64,000 nt of DNA from Acidimicrobiales bacterium (GCA_041594435.1 JBFHME010000002.1:939-64938); one strand, 5' to 3'; shown: positions 51,487 to 61,111, counted from the first letter of the stretch. Notes: generated by a model not told the origin, from the sequence alone. A program made the numbers and translations.

Positions 51487-53522
51487 GCGTCAGCGAGCAG
51501 GCCGACGGGCACGGCGGCCAGAACGGCGAGGGCACCGCAAGACCGAGGGATCGCCCCTGGATGATGCGAACCTACTCCGGTCACTCCACCGCGGCGGCGT
51601 CCAACGAGCTGTACCGAACCAACCTGGCCAAGGGTCAGACCGGCCTGTCGATCGCGTTCGATCTGCCGACCCAGACCGGCTACAACCCGGATCACCGCCT
51701 CGCTCGGGGCGAGGTGGGCAAAGTCGGTGTACCGGTGGTGCACAAAGGGCACATGGCCACGCTGCTCGACGGCATCCCGGTCGGTCGGATGAACACGTCG
51801 ATGACGATCAACGCCCCGGCGTCGTGGCTGCTGGCCCTCTACGTCGTCAACGCCGCAGACCAGGGTGTGGCCTCGACCGAGCTGCGGGGAACCACCCAGA
51901 ACGACATCGTCAAGGAGTATCTGAGCCGGGGCACCTACATCTTCCCGCCCGAGGCGTCGCGCCGGCTGGTGGTCGACATGTTCGCCTACTGCTCCCGCCA
52001 CCTGCCCCGCTGGAACCCTATGAACGTCTGTTCCTACCACCTGCAGGAGGCCGGCGCCACGCCCACCCAGGAGATCGCGTTCGCTCTCGCCAACGCCATC
52101 GACGTTCTCGACGCAATCCGGTCGTCGGGCCAGGTCGACGCCGACCGGTTCCCCGCCGTGGTGGCGTCGATGTCGTTCTTCGTGAACGCCGGCATCCGGT
52201 TCGTCACCGAGACCTGCAAGATGCGGGCCTTCACCCGGATGTGGGATCGCATCTGCGCCGAACGGTACGGGATCACCGACCCGAAGGCCCGCCGATTCCG
52301 CTACGGGGTGCAGGTCAACTCGCTGGGGCTGACCGAGGCCCAACCGGAGAACAACCTGCAGCGGATCGTGCTCGAGGCACTGGGTGTCACCCTGTCGCGC
52401 GACGCCCGGGCCCGGTCGCTCCAGCTGCCCGCATGGAACGAGGCGCTCGGCCTGCCGCGGCCGTGGGATCAGCAGTGGTCGCTGCGGATCCAGCAGGTGT
52501 TGGCCCACGAGACCGACCTGCTCGACTACGACGACATCTTCAACGGCTCCCACGTCATCGAGGCCAAGACGGCCGACATGATCGACGCCGCCCAGGCCGA
52601 ACTCGACGACGTCATGGAGCTCGGCGGCGCCTTCGCCGCCATCGAGGAGCTGAAGTCGAGACTGGTGCGCTCCAACGCCGAGCGTGTTCGTCGGATCGAA
52701 GCCGGGGACCAGATCGTGGTCGGCGTCAACGACTTCACCGAGTCCACCCCCTCGGAACTGCACAATCCCGATGCCGAGGACGGCGACTCGATCCTGCGGG
52801 TCGACCCGGAGGTCGGTGCCGCCATGGTGGCCGATCTGGAACGGTGGATGGCCGAGCGCAACGGCACGGCAGTGGCCCGGGCCCTCGACGACCTGGCCGT
52901 GGTGGCGTCCAACGGGGACCGGTCGTGGTCTGCCAACATCATGGCCCCGACGCTGGCGCTGGCCGAGGCCGGTGGTACGACCGGCGAGTGGGCGGCCTGC
53001 CTGCGTGAGGTCTTCGGCGAGTACCGCGGCCCCACCGGTGTGCAGGGCGCGGTCGGCGCCGTCAGGGAGTCGGCGTCGCTTCGATCGCTTTCACAACGGG
53101 TACGAAAGGAGCCCGACGGCCCTCCCCGCCTGCTCGTGGCCAAACCCGGTCTGGACGGCCACTCCAACGGCGCCGAACAGGTCGCGGTGGCCGCCCGCGA
53201 CGGCGGCATGGAGGTCATCTACGAAGGCATCCGGGTCACACCGGCCCGAATCGCCGAGGTGGCCCGCGACGAGGATGTCGACATCGTCGGTCTGTCGATT
53301 CTCTCGGGAAGCCACCTGGAGCTCGTCCCCGAAACCGTTGCCGCGTTGCGGGGCGAGGGGGTCGACGCGCCGGTTGTGGTCGGCGGCATCATCCCGGTCG
53401 GCGACCAGCGGGTCCTGCTCGACGCCGGGGTGGAACGGGTCTTCACCCCGAAGGACTACCGGTTGGCCGACATCGTGACCGTCATGGTCGATCTGGCGCT
53501 GGCCCACCGATCTCGAGGATGA
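51483..53522 (+). CDS. fused B12-dependent acyl-CoA mutase (catalytic domain + C-terminal cobalamin-binding domain), MeaA/ethylmalonyl-CoA-mutase-like
   Basis: GTG 51483 overlaps the aat stop (GTGA). The N-terminus reads PWMMRTYSGHSTAAASNELYRTNLAKGQTGLSIAFDLPTQTGYNPDH. The B12 domain reads LVAKPGLDGHSNGAEQVAVAARDGGMEV. Confidence 0.8.
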   Translation: MSVSEQADGHGGQNGEGTARPRDRPWMMRTYSGHSTAAASNELYRTNLAKGQTGLSIAFDLPTQTGYNPDHRLARGEVGKVGVPVVHKGHMATLLDGIPVGRMNTSMTINAPASWLLALYVVNAADQGVASTELRGTTQNDIVKEYLSRGTYIFPPEASRRLVVDMFAYCSRHLPRWNPMNVCSYHLQEAGATPTQEIAFALANAIDVLDAIRSSGQVDADRFPAVVASMSFFVNAGIRFVTETCKMRAFTRMWDRICAERYGITDPKARRFRYGVQVNSLGLTEAQPENNLQRIVLEALGVTLSRDARARSLQLPAWNEALGLPRPWDQQWSLRIQQVLAHETDLLDYDDIFNGSHVIEAKTADMIDAAQAELDDVMELGGAFAAIEELKSRLVRSNAERVRRIEAGDQIVVGVNDFTESTPSELHNPDAEDGDSILRVDPEVGAAMVADLERWMAERNGTAVARALDDLAVVASNGDRSWSANIMAPTLALAEAGGTTGEWAACLREVFGEYRGPTGVQGAVGAVRESASLRSLSQRVRKEPDGPPRLLVAKPGLDGHSNGAEQVAVAARDGGMEVIYEGIRVTPARIAEVARDEDVDIVGLSILSGSHLELVPETVAALRGEGVDAPVVVGGIIPVGDQRVLLDAGVERVFTPKDYRLADIVTVMVDLALAHRSRG

Positions 53523-53688
53523 GCCACCGAACGACGCGCCGAGACGCTCCGCGACACGTAGACTTCCAGATCGGCTTCAACTTCAGTCAGCTCGTTTACC
53601 GCCGATGGTTAAGCAGAGCTTCCTCGACCGACGTGCCGACCATGGCCAGCCGCTGCAAAAGGGACCCGTCAGAGTTGCGAGATCAACC

Positions 53689-54471
53689 GTGAGCACCAAG
53701 ACCGCCCTGCCGGGCATCGCCGCCGGCGTACTCGGGCTGGCGGCCGGCATGATCGGCCTCGGTTTGGACGCGCCCAGTTTCGGTGCGGTCGCCGGGGTCC
53801 TGGCCCTGGCCGCCGGCGTGGCCGGGCTGCGTATCGCCCAGCAGTTGGAGGAACAGGCGGCCGTACAGTCACTGGTGGAGGAGGAGCTGCGCAGCGTCCG
53901 CCACGAGGCCAAGGAGACCGAGTCCCGCCTGCGGGAGGAGCTGGCGGCCGTTTCGGTGGAAGCCGACGCCGACTTCGGCGAGGAGACCGACACCGACAGC
54001 GACCCGCTGATCGATCAGTCGACCGGTTTGTTCAGCGAGAACTTCTTCCTGGTGGCGCTGGAGTCGAGGATTGCGGCCGCCCGACGTCATCTGCGTCCGG
54101 TGGCCATCGTCATCCTCGAGGTCGTCGAGGGGTTGCCCGGCAACGACCCGGTTCCGACCGAGGCCGACGTCGTGACCGAGGCCATCAAGGCGACCCTGCG
54201 CGAGGCCGACACGGCCTGCCGGCTTCGCAACGGCGACTTCGCGCTTCTCCTGGAGGACACACCGGAGAACGGGGCGATCTGGACCGTCGAGCGAATTCGC
54301 CGCTACCTGGCCGATCGAACGGCCAACCTCACACTCTGGGCGGGCGTGGCCTGCTATCCGGCTCACGCCTTCGGGCCGAACGAAGTGCTCGAGGCCGCCG
54401 ACACCGCGCTCGAAGCGGCTCGGGAGTGGCGTCAGGACCGCATCGAAGTTGCCATGGTGGCCCAGGACTGA
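53689..54471 (+). CDS. membrane-anchored degenerate GGDEF-domain protein
   Basis: I trimmed the start to GTG 53689. It has two TM-like Gly/Ala-rich helices and a coiled linker. The GGDEF fold begins at TGLFSENFF. The A-site reads RNGDF in place of GGDEF, with RxxD (READ) 5 residues upstream. Confidence 0.65.
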   Translation: MSTKTALPGIAAGVLGLAAGMIGLGLDAPSFGAVAGVLALAAGVAGLRIAQQLEEQAAVQSLVEEELRSVRHEAKETESRLREELAAVSVEADADFGEETDTDSDPLIDQSTGLFSENFFLVALESRIAAARRHLRPVAIVILEVVEGLPGNDPVPTEADVVTEAIKATLREADTACRLRNGDFALLLEDTPENGAIWTVERIRRYLADRTANLTLWAGVACYPAHAFGPNEVLEAADTALEAAREWRQDRIEVAMVAQD

Positions 54472-54512
54472 TTCCCCGCGCCCCCCACGGCCGGACGGCC
54501 GCGACGGGGCGC

Positions 54513-55901
54513 CTAGTCGGCGTAGGTCCAATCCGGTCGCTTGAGCCGATGATGTTCGGCGAGTGTGAACCGGCCGTCGACGAGGTCCGTGATCGGCGCA
54601 ATGAGCAGGTTGCGATGCTCGCCGACGACACCGTCACGCACATCGGCCAGGAGACTGCCGACCACCTGCTGCTCCTGGGTCGGCAAGTAGCACCGAGCCG
54701 CGTCGTTGACGGTGTTCAACCGGGCCGACAGCACACCGAGGTCGACCCGCCTCGTCCTGGTTGCCTCATCGAGCAACGACGTGACGTGCTCGCATCCGAG
54801 CTTGCACGCCGGGCACTGGCCGCATGATTCGATCCACAGGAATCGGGATACGGCGTGGGCCAGCTCGATCGGATCGGTACGGTCGTCGAAGACGATGAAG
54901 CCGCCGGTTCCGAGGCCGGCGCCGACGGCGGAAAGGGCTTCGTGCGACGCCGGTGTGTTCAGGAGATCGCTGCGCGCGACCCGATTGGACACACCGGACA
55001 GCAGGTAGCGAACCGAGCGTCCGCCGGTCACACCACCACCGATCGTCTCGACGATCTCCCCGACCGGCGTACCCATCTCGAACTCCTCGACACCGTGACG
55101 CCTGGTGTCACCGGAGATCGTGCACAGCACGGTGCCCGGCGACTCGGAGGTGCCGATGGACCGGAACCACTCCCCTCCCCGGGCGACGATGGCCGGGACG
55201 TTGGCCAGGGTCTCGACGTTGTTGACGAGGGTCGGGTTGGCGCCCTGATCGCGGGATTCGAGACTTCGACCTGCCGACCAGCCCATCTGCGGGCTGGTGG
55301 TGAACAGGCCGTACACGTAGGGAGGGAACAGTCGGGGTAGCGGGTCCTCACCCTCGATCACCTCGAGGAGAGCCTTCTCCTCGCCGAACAGGTACTCCTC
55401 GGGACCACCGACGACCGACACCTCGACATCGGGCCACCAGCCGGCCCGTGCCGTCTCGACGAGTGCCGTCGACAGGCGCTCGATCTCGGTGACGAACGAC
55501 GATTTGACCGCCACGTAGGCCTGACGGGCGCCCATGACCGCCGCCGATATGGCCAGACCCTCGAGCATCGAGTACGGGTTGCGGCGAAGCAGATGGCGGT
55601 CCTTGAAGGTGCCCGGCTCACCCTCGGCGCCATTGGCCACCACGTAGCGGTTCCCGGCCGACGGGCCGCCGGCCACGATCGAGCGCCATTTCAGCCCGGT
55701 GGGGAATCCCGCCCCGCCGCGACCTCGCAGGCCCGACGCCTCCAACTCGTCGAGGACCCGCGCCGGCCCATGATCGGCGAGTGCCTGCAATCCGGCGCCG
55801 CCGCCCGCCGCCTCGTAGGCGTCGAGGCCGTCGAACGGTTCATCGGGCAACAGAATGCGTCGGAGACCCATCCGATCAGCCCTCGCCGCGTCCGCGACCA
55901 C
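54513..55901 (-). CDS. stand-alone NuoF-like (NADH dehydrogenase 51-kDa subunit-like) flavoprotein
   Basis: The sequence shows GLRGRGGAGFPTGLKW, NGAEGEPGTFKDRHLL and ESCGQCPACKLG. No nuoE or nuoG neighbours are present. Confidence 0.7.
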   Translation of the reverse strand: MVADAARADRMGLRRILLPDEPFDGLDAYEAAGGGAGLQALADHGPARVLDELEASGLRGRGGAGFPTGLKWRSIVAGGPSAGNRYVVANGAEGEPGTFKDRHLLRRNPYSMLEGLAISAAVMGARQAYVAVKSSFVTEIERLSTALVETARAGWWPDVEVSVVGGPEEYLFGEEKALLEVIEGEDPLPRLFPPYVYGLFTTSPQMGWSAGRSLESRDQGANPTLVNNVETLANVPAIVARGGEWFRSIGTSESPGTVLCTISGDTRRHGVEEFEMGTPVGEIVETIGGGVTGGRSVRYLLSGVSNRVARSDLLNTPASHEALSAVGAGLGTGGFIVFDDRTDPIELAHAVSRFLWIESCGQCPACKLGCEHVTSLLDEATRTRRVDLGVLSARLNTVNDAARCYLPTQEQQVVGSLLADVRDGVVGEHRNLLIAPITDLVDGRFTLAEHHRLKRPDWTYAD

Positions 55902-56050
55902 CGTCGATGGCGACGATCGATTTGGAGTTCCAGATGGGATGCGGCACCGGGGGACCTCGCTGGCTCGACGACCGGGGTCCCCCCGACCCTAGCGTGGAAG
56001 GAGGAAAGCCGATAGACCGACGCCCACAACGACAACCGGAGTTCGCTGAC

Positions 56051-57430
56051 ATGGACCGTTCCGATGAAGAGCAACCGCCCGAGGGGCAGATCCCGCTGTA
56101 CGGACCGAATACCGAGCTGGCGATCCGCAATTTCGAGATCTCCGGCGAACCCATGCCTCGACCGGTGCTCGTCGCCCTCGCCCACATCAAGGCAGCCGCC
56201 GCCACCGCCAACACCGAGTTCGAGCAGGTTACCGGCGTGTCGGAGCCGATGGCGGCTGCGATCGCATCGACGGCCGACGAGATCATCGACGGGCGATGGT
56301 CCGACCAGTTTCCGGTCGACGTGTTCCAGACCGGCTCGGGAACGTCGACCAACATGAACATGAACGAGGTCATCGCCACCCTGGCCGAACGGCGGTTGGG
56401 GTCGGCCGTACACCCCAATGACCATGTCAATGCGTCGCAGTCCTCGAACGACGCGATTCCCTCCGCCATACGTGTCGCCGCCCTGACCGCACTGCTCCAT
56501 GACCTGATTCCCGCCGTGCGGTCTCTCGAGCAGGAGCTGGCCCGCGCGGCCACCCGGTTCGACTCGGTGGTCAAGGCCGGCCGGACCCACCTGATGGACG
56601 CAACGCCGATCATGTTGGGGGACGAGTTCGGCGGCTACCGGTTTGCCGTCGGGGAGGCCGCCGAGCGCCTGACGTCGACGCTACCCCGCCTGGCGGCGTT
56701 GCCGCTGGGGGGAACGGCCACCGGCAGCGGGCTGAACGCGCCCGCCGGCTACGCCGCCCGGGCGGTGGCGATTCTGGCCGAGCGTACCGACCTGGATCTC
56801 ACGGTGGCGGCGAACCACTTCGCGGTTCAGGGCGGCCAGGATTCGCTCGTCGAACTCTCGGCCCAATTGCGGAATCTCGCCGTCACGCTGTTCAAGATCG
56901 CCAACGACATTCGTTGGCTGGGCAGTGGACCTCGAACCGGGCTGGCCGAACTCGTCCTTCCCGAGCTGCAACCGGGCTCGTCGATCATGCCGGGCAAGAC
57001 GAACCCGGTGATCTGTGAGGTCGTGCTCCAGGTGTGCACGCAGGTCTTCGGCAACGACGCCGCGGTCGCGTTCGCCGGAAGCCAGGGCGATCTCGAACTC
57101 AACGTGTTCCTGCCGGTGATGGCCCGGAACCTGTTCGACTCACTGACGTTGCTCACGTCGGCCGCTACGGCTTTCACCGCGATGTGTGCCGGCCTCGAGG
57201 CCAGTGAAGCTCAATGCCGAACCTACGCCGAGGCCACCCTCGCCGGGGCGGCGCGACTCAACCTCGAAATCGGCTACGACGCCGCGGCCGAGGTGGTGAA
57301 GACCGCTCACCGAACCGGGAGGACTGTTCTCGACGTTGTCGTGGAGGAGGGGCTGCTCGACCATGACCGGGCGCGGCACGTACTCGATCCGACGCTCCTG
57401 GCTCGACCGGACCGTTCCACCCCGCACTGA
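56051..57430 (+). CDS. class II fumarate hydratase / aspartate ammonia-lyase family enzyme
   Basis: I trimmed the start to ATG 56051. The sequence shows the GSSIMPGKTNPVICE signature, TGSGTSTNMNMNEV and SQSSNDAIPS. I cannot tell fumarase from aspartase by eye. Confidence 0.8.
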   Translation: MDRSDEEQPPEGQIPLYGPNTELAIRNFEISGEPMPRPVLVALAHIKAAAATANTEFEQVTGVSEPMAAAIASTADEIIDGRWSDQFPVDVFQTGSGTSTNMNMNEVIATLAERRLGSAVHPNDHVNASQSSNDAIPSAIRVAALTALLHDLIPAVRSLEQELARAATRFDSVVKAGRTHLMDATPIMLGDEFGGYRFAVGEAAERLTSTLPRLAALPLGGTATGSGLNAPAGYAARAVAILAERTDLDLTVAANHFAVQGGQDSLVELSAQLRNLAVTLFKIANDIRWLGSGPRTGLAELVLPELQPGSSIMPGKTNPVICEVVLQVCTQVFGNDAAVAFAGSQGDLELNVFLPVMARNLFDSLTLLTSAATAFTAMCAGLEASEAQCRTYAEATLAGAARLNLEIGYDAAAEVVKTAHRTGRTVLDVVVEEGLLDHDRARHVLDPTLLARPDRSTPH

Positions 57431-57460
57431 GGGCGACGGCTGGTGATGCTTGGCCGTCCT

Positions 57461-57811
57461 TCAGCGGTCGTCGAGTTTCAACTCCGCGAGCACCGCTTCG
57501 TCCTCCGCCGTGGCGTTGGGACCGTATCCGAGCGTGAGCACACCACCCGTGTCGCACACCGGACAGCGTGCCTCGACGACGAGCATCAGGTCGGCGGCGT
57601 CACTGGCCCCTTCCAACCGATGGCTGCGGACCGGATCGATCGCGGCTGCGGCGCTGGTGGCGTCACACGATTTGCACGTGATCATGCCATCGGGTCGGGC
57701 GATGAACTGGGCGCCGAATCCCGAGTCGGAGGCTCGCCGTAGCACCCCGATCAATGTCTCCGCCCCCATGGCCGCGGTCGGTTCGTCTGGTGTATCCGGT
57801 GCTGCGTTCAT
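57461..57811 (-). CDS. hypothetical protein with CxxC...CxxC (zinc-ribbon-like)
   Basis: I trimmed the start to ATG 57811. The two Cys pairs are ITCKSCDA and ARCPVCDT. Confidence 0.5.
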   Translation of the reverse strand: MNAAPDTPDEPTAAMGAETLIGVLRRASDSGFGAQFIARPDGMITCKSCDATSAAAAIDPVRSHRLEGASDAADLMLVVEARCPVCDTGGVLTLGYGPNATAEDEAVLAELKLDDR

Positions 57812-58035
57812 GTACCTGGACCTTTCGAAAGCGGATGGAGCTCGACATCTGGACCGTACCCCGTTTTGCACTCCGCCCACTTGGCGATGTGACGGCCACC
57901 TGGCACGCCACGCAGTTTGCCGCGGCCATCGCCGGGCTGGTTATCATCCCGCTGGTGGCTCGGGGACTCCTTGGCGCTCCGAGACGTTACGACCATCCAG
58001 CCTCTGATCTCGCGGCCCTCTCGAAAGGAAATCCC

Positions 58036-58611
58036 ATGCACCGACCCACCAGAGTCCCGGTCGCGGCGGCATCGGTGTTCACCGGCGCGCTTGGAATCGG
58101 CGTGGTCCTCACCGCGTGCGGCGACTCCGCCGTTGAGACCGCAACGGCAACGCCCGATTCGACCCCGGTGGTCGACGGCGAACAGGTGGCGGTGTCGACC
58201 ACCATCGACGTCACCGCCGGCCAGGCCGCCGATACCGCCAACGACGGTGACGGCGCCTCGATCAACCACGATCAGGACACGGCCGATGATGGCCTGACCG
58301 ACCGGGAATCCGGCTCGCCGGCGGAGCTCGACATCGCTCCTGGCGGGGCCGACGCCGTCATCGAGATCGACATCGTCGACGGCTCCGTGCGACGGGACGA
58401 CACCCGCTTCGTCGTCGAGGAGGGATCGACCGTCGCGCTGATCGTGTCGTCCGACGCGCCCGACCACGTACACGTCCACGGCTACGACATCCTGGCCACG
58501 ATCGGACCGGGCGATCCGGTTGAGCTGGTGTTCACCGCCGATTCGCCGGGTCTGTTCGAGGTGGAGCTCGAGGACGCCGGCCTGTTCCTGTTCGATCTTC
58601 AGGTCGGCTGA
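58036..58611 (+). CDS. lipoprotein with C-terminal cupredoxin-like beta domain
   Basis: ATG 58036 follows AAAGGAA. The lipobox is VLTACG. The C-terminus reads FVVEEGSTVALIVSSDAPDHVHVHGYD..LVFTADSPGLFEVELED. Confidence 0.55.
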   Translation: MHRPTRVPVAAASVFTGALGIGVVLTACGDSAVETATATPDSTPVVDGEQVAVSTTIDVTAGQAADTANDGDGASINHDQDTADDGLTDRESGSPAELDIAPGGADAVIEIDIVDGSVRRDDTRFVVEEGSTVALIVSSDAPDHVHVHGYDILATIGPGDPVELVFTADSPGLFEVELEDAGLFLFDLQVG

Positions 58612-58616
58612 GCCCC

Positions 58617-59924
58617 GTGGGCCTTTCCGTCCCTCGACCGGCGATCATCGCCCACGGTGTCGGCGCCCGGGGCGACCTGCCACTGCCACTCCCCTTCTTC
58701 GTCTGGGCGCTCGGCATCGCCTTGGCGGTGTCGTTCGTCGCACTCGTCGTGCTGTGGCCCGAACCGAAGCTGCGACGCCTGGCCGAGGGGCGGCCGCTCG
58801 CCCGGTCGCCCACGTGGCTCTCGTCGACCCTCGGTGCGCTCGGATTCGGGATTTTCGCCCTCAGCCTGACGGCGGGATGGATCGGCGAGAACATCGTCGT
58901 CCGCAACATCCTCCCGGTCACGCTGTACGTGACCGTGTGGGTCGGCGGTGCGTTCGCCGCCGGGCTGATCGGTGACGCGTGGGCGGCAGTGAACCCGTTC
59001 CGCCCGATCGCATCCCTGGTCGACGGGCGGCACGGTTCACGTTCGCCGACCCGGCGGGGACCCGACTGGGGCCTGTGGCCGGCCACGGTCGGCATCGTCA
59101 TCTTCCTGTTCTACGAGCTGTCGCACCCGACCGGCAGCGAACCCCGCACGTTGGCGGTTCTGCTGACGACCCATCTCGTCGGTGTCACCGTGGCGGCAGC
59201 GACCTGGGGGCGGGAGTGGGTGCTGTCGAACGAGCCGTTCACGGCGGTATTCCGGTTGATCGGGGCCATGGGCCCCGTCTTCGGTGACGGGCAACGGCTG
59301 CGGCTCCGACCGCCGTTGGCCGGGCTGGCCGGCATGCCCGTCCGCCCTGGGACCGCGGCGCTGCTGCTCACGGTGATCGGCGGCACCTCGTTCGACGGGT
59401 TCAGCGAGAGCTCCATCGGGCGCGACATCTTTGCCGACCTCGGGGGCTGGACGTTCTCGGCCGCCGAGTTCGTCGGGCTGCTCCTGTCGATCTTGGTGGT
59501 GTCCGCCCTCTACGGCTACGGGGTGTGGTGGACCGCCCGTGTCACCGAACTCGACCGCAACACGGCAATGGCCGCCTTCGCTCCGTCGCTCGTCCCGATC
59601 GCCTTCGGCTACACGGTGGCCCACTACTTCCAGGTCTTTGTCGACAACATCCAGGCGTTCGTCTTCCGTCTGGCCGACCCGTTCGGGTGGGGCTGGAACA
59701 TCGGGGGTATGGCCGACAACGTCATCTGGCAGATCGACCCAGACGTGACCGCCTGGATTCAGGTGGCGGCCATGCTGGTCGGCCACGTGGGCGCCGTTGT
59801 CGTGGCCCACGACATCGCCGTCGACCGGTTCCCGGCCCAGGTGGCCACCCGAAGTCAGCTGGCGATGGTGTTCGTGATGATCGCCTACAGCGCACTCGGA
59901 CTCTGGTTGCTGCTGACGGCATAG
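58617..59924 (+). CDS. polytopic integral membrane protein (unknown function)
   Basis: The 435-aa product has about 10-12 hydrophobic segments. It starts 5 nt after the lipoprotein stop. Confidence 0.6.
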   Translation: MGLSVPRPAIIAHGVGARGDLPLPLPFFVWALGIALAVSFVALVVLWPEPKLRRLAEGRPLARSPTWLSSTLGALGFGIFALSLTAGWIGENIVVRNILPVTLYVTVWVGGAFAAGLIGDAWAAVNPFRPIASLVDGRHGSRSPTRRGPDWGLWPATVGIVIFLFYELSHPTGSEPRTLAVLLTTHLVGVTVAAATWGREWVLSNEPFTAVFRLIGAMGPVFGDGQRLRLRPPLAGLAGMPVRPGTAALLLTVIGGTSFDGFSESSIGRDIFADLGGWTFSAAEFVGLLLSILVVSALYGYGVWWTARVTELDRNTAMAAFAPSLVPIAFGYTVAHYFQVFVDNIQAFVFRLADPFGWGWNIGGMADNVIWQIDPDVTAWIQVAAMLVGHVGAVVVAHDIAVDRFPAQVATRSQLAMVFVMIAYSALGLWLLLTA

Positions 59925-60063
59925 ACCACGTCGTCGCCAACGCGCAAGCTGGTTCGGGAAGCAGCAGCAGCGCCCGCCGGCCCTGTACTCTGGAACCGCG
60001 TCATCCGGGCAGATCTGCGGCGGCCACGACCTGACCGATGACGGCGAGATCCGGGAGGTTCCG

Positions 60064-60321
60064 ATGGCAGCAGGTGGCAGTAGCACGGCGGTCCTGGCCG
60101 CGTTCTTCGGCAGCTCGGCGGTCGCAGCCACCACGTTGGTCGCCTACCTGTTCACCCGGACGTCATCGATGCCGGCCGGGTCGATCCACTCGCTTGCCGG
60201 CGCCGTCGACGGGGTGGAGGAGGCCGCCGCGCGGGCCCGGATCCCCCATGCCCGACCCATGTACATCGCGCCCGATCTGCTGCCGCCGGTCGACCCCGGA
60301 CGGGTCGTGTCGGTCGACTAG
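60064..60321 (+). CDS. small hypothetical protein with one N-terminal hydrophobic segment
   Basis: A GGGAGG lies 6 nt before ATG 60064. The sequence reads MAAGGSSTAVLAAFFGSSAVAATTLVAYLF... Confidence 0.4.
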   Translation: MAAGGSSTAVLAAFFGSSAVAATTLVAYLFTRTSSMPAGSIHSLAGAVDGVEEAAARARIPHARPMYIAPDLLPPVDPGRVVSVD

Positions 60322-60340
60322 ACGAGGCGGTGGCACGGCG

Positions 60341-61111
60341 GTGACGACGGGAATCGAACGAGGGGGACTGTTCGCAGCAACCTGTCCGGTCGCACTCGAC
60401 GGGCCGTCGGTCACCGTCGCATGGCGATCGGTGGGATTCGCCCATTGGGCCTACGATCCCGACACCCTGGCGCGGCTGTTGCCGTCATCGGTCTCACTGG
60501 ACCTCTATGGCGGGCGGGCGTGGGCCGGTTACCAGTTCACCACGGTCACGGTGGGCCCCGGCCGGTTCGGCGACACCTCGTCTCTCGACCGCCTACCGTT
60601 GCGGCCTCGGCTCGGACCGACCATCGACGAGGTTCGGGCCGTCGTGGCGGTCGTCGACCGGTTCGGCCACCCCGGCGTCTGGTATCTGTCGGTGGACAGC
60701 AACCGGAGGATCGCGGCGGGGCTCCGGCGATGGTTCAACCTCCAGGCCTACGAGGCCGAAACGCGATTCTCCAGGGTCGACGACCGGATCGACTACCGGG
60801 CCCAACGCCCCGACGGGGCGACGGCCCGGCTGAAGCTCACGGTCGGCCCCGCCATCACCCCTACCGACGTCGATCGATTCCTGACCGCCCGCTGGCGTAT
60901 CGTTCTTCCGCCTCGTTTCTGGGATCCACCCGACCGGATCCGGATGGTCACGACCGTTCACGAGCCGTGGGTTCTGCACCGAGCCTCGGTCGAGTTCTTC
61001 GACGACGAGATCCTGGTCGCCGCCGGCCTCCCTCCGACCGCCGGATCCGGGCAGGCCCTGTGGTCGCCGGGCACATCGGTGAAGCTCGGATTTCCCCGCG
61101 CCGACGGGTGA
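60341..61111 (+). CDS. DUF2071-family protein
   Basis: I trimmed the start to GTG 60341. The sequence reads VAWRSVGFAHWAYDPDTLARLLP..LDLYGGRAWAGYQFTTV. The family call is from memory. Confidence 0.45.
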   Translation: MTTGIERGGLFAATCPVALDGPSVTVAWRSVGFAHWAYDPDTLARLLPSSVSLDLYGGRAWAGYQFTTVTVGPGRFGDTSSLDRLPLRPRLGPTIDEVRAVVAVVDRFGHPGVWYLSVDSNRRIAAGLRRWFNLQAYEAETRFSRVDDRIDYRAQRPDGATARLKLTVGPAITPTDVDRFLTARWRIVLPPRFWDPPDRIRMVTTVHEPWVLHRASVEFFDDEILVAAGLPPTAGSGQALWSPGTSVKLGFPRADG

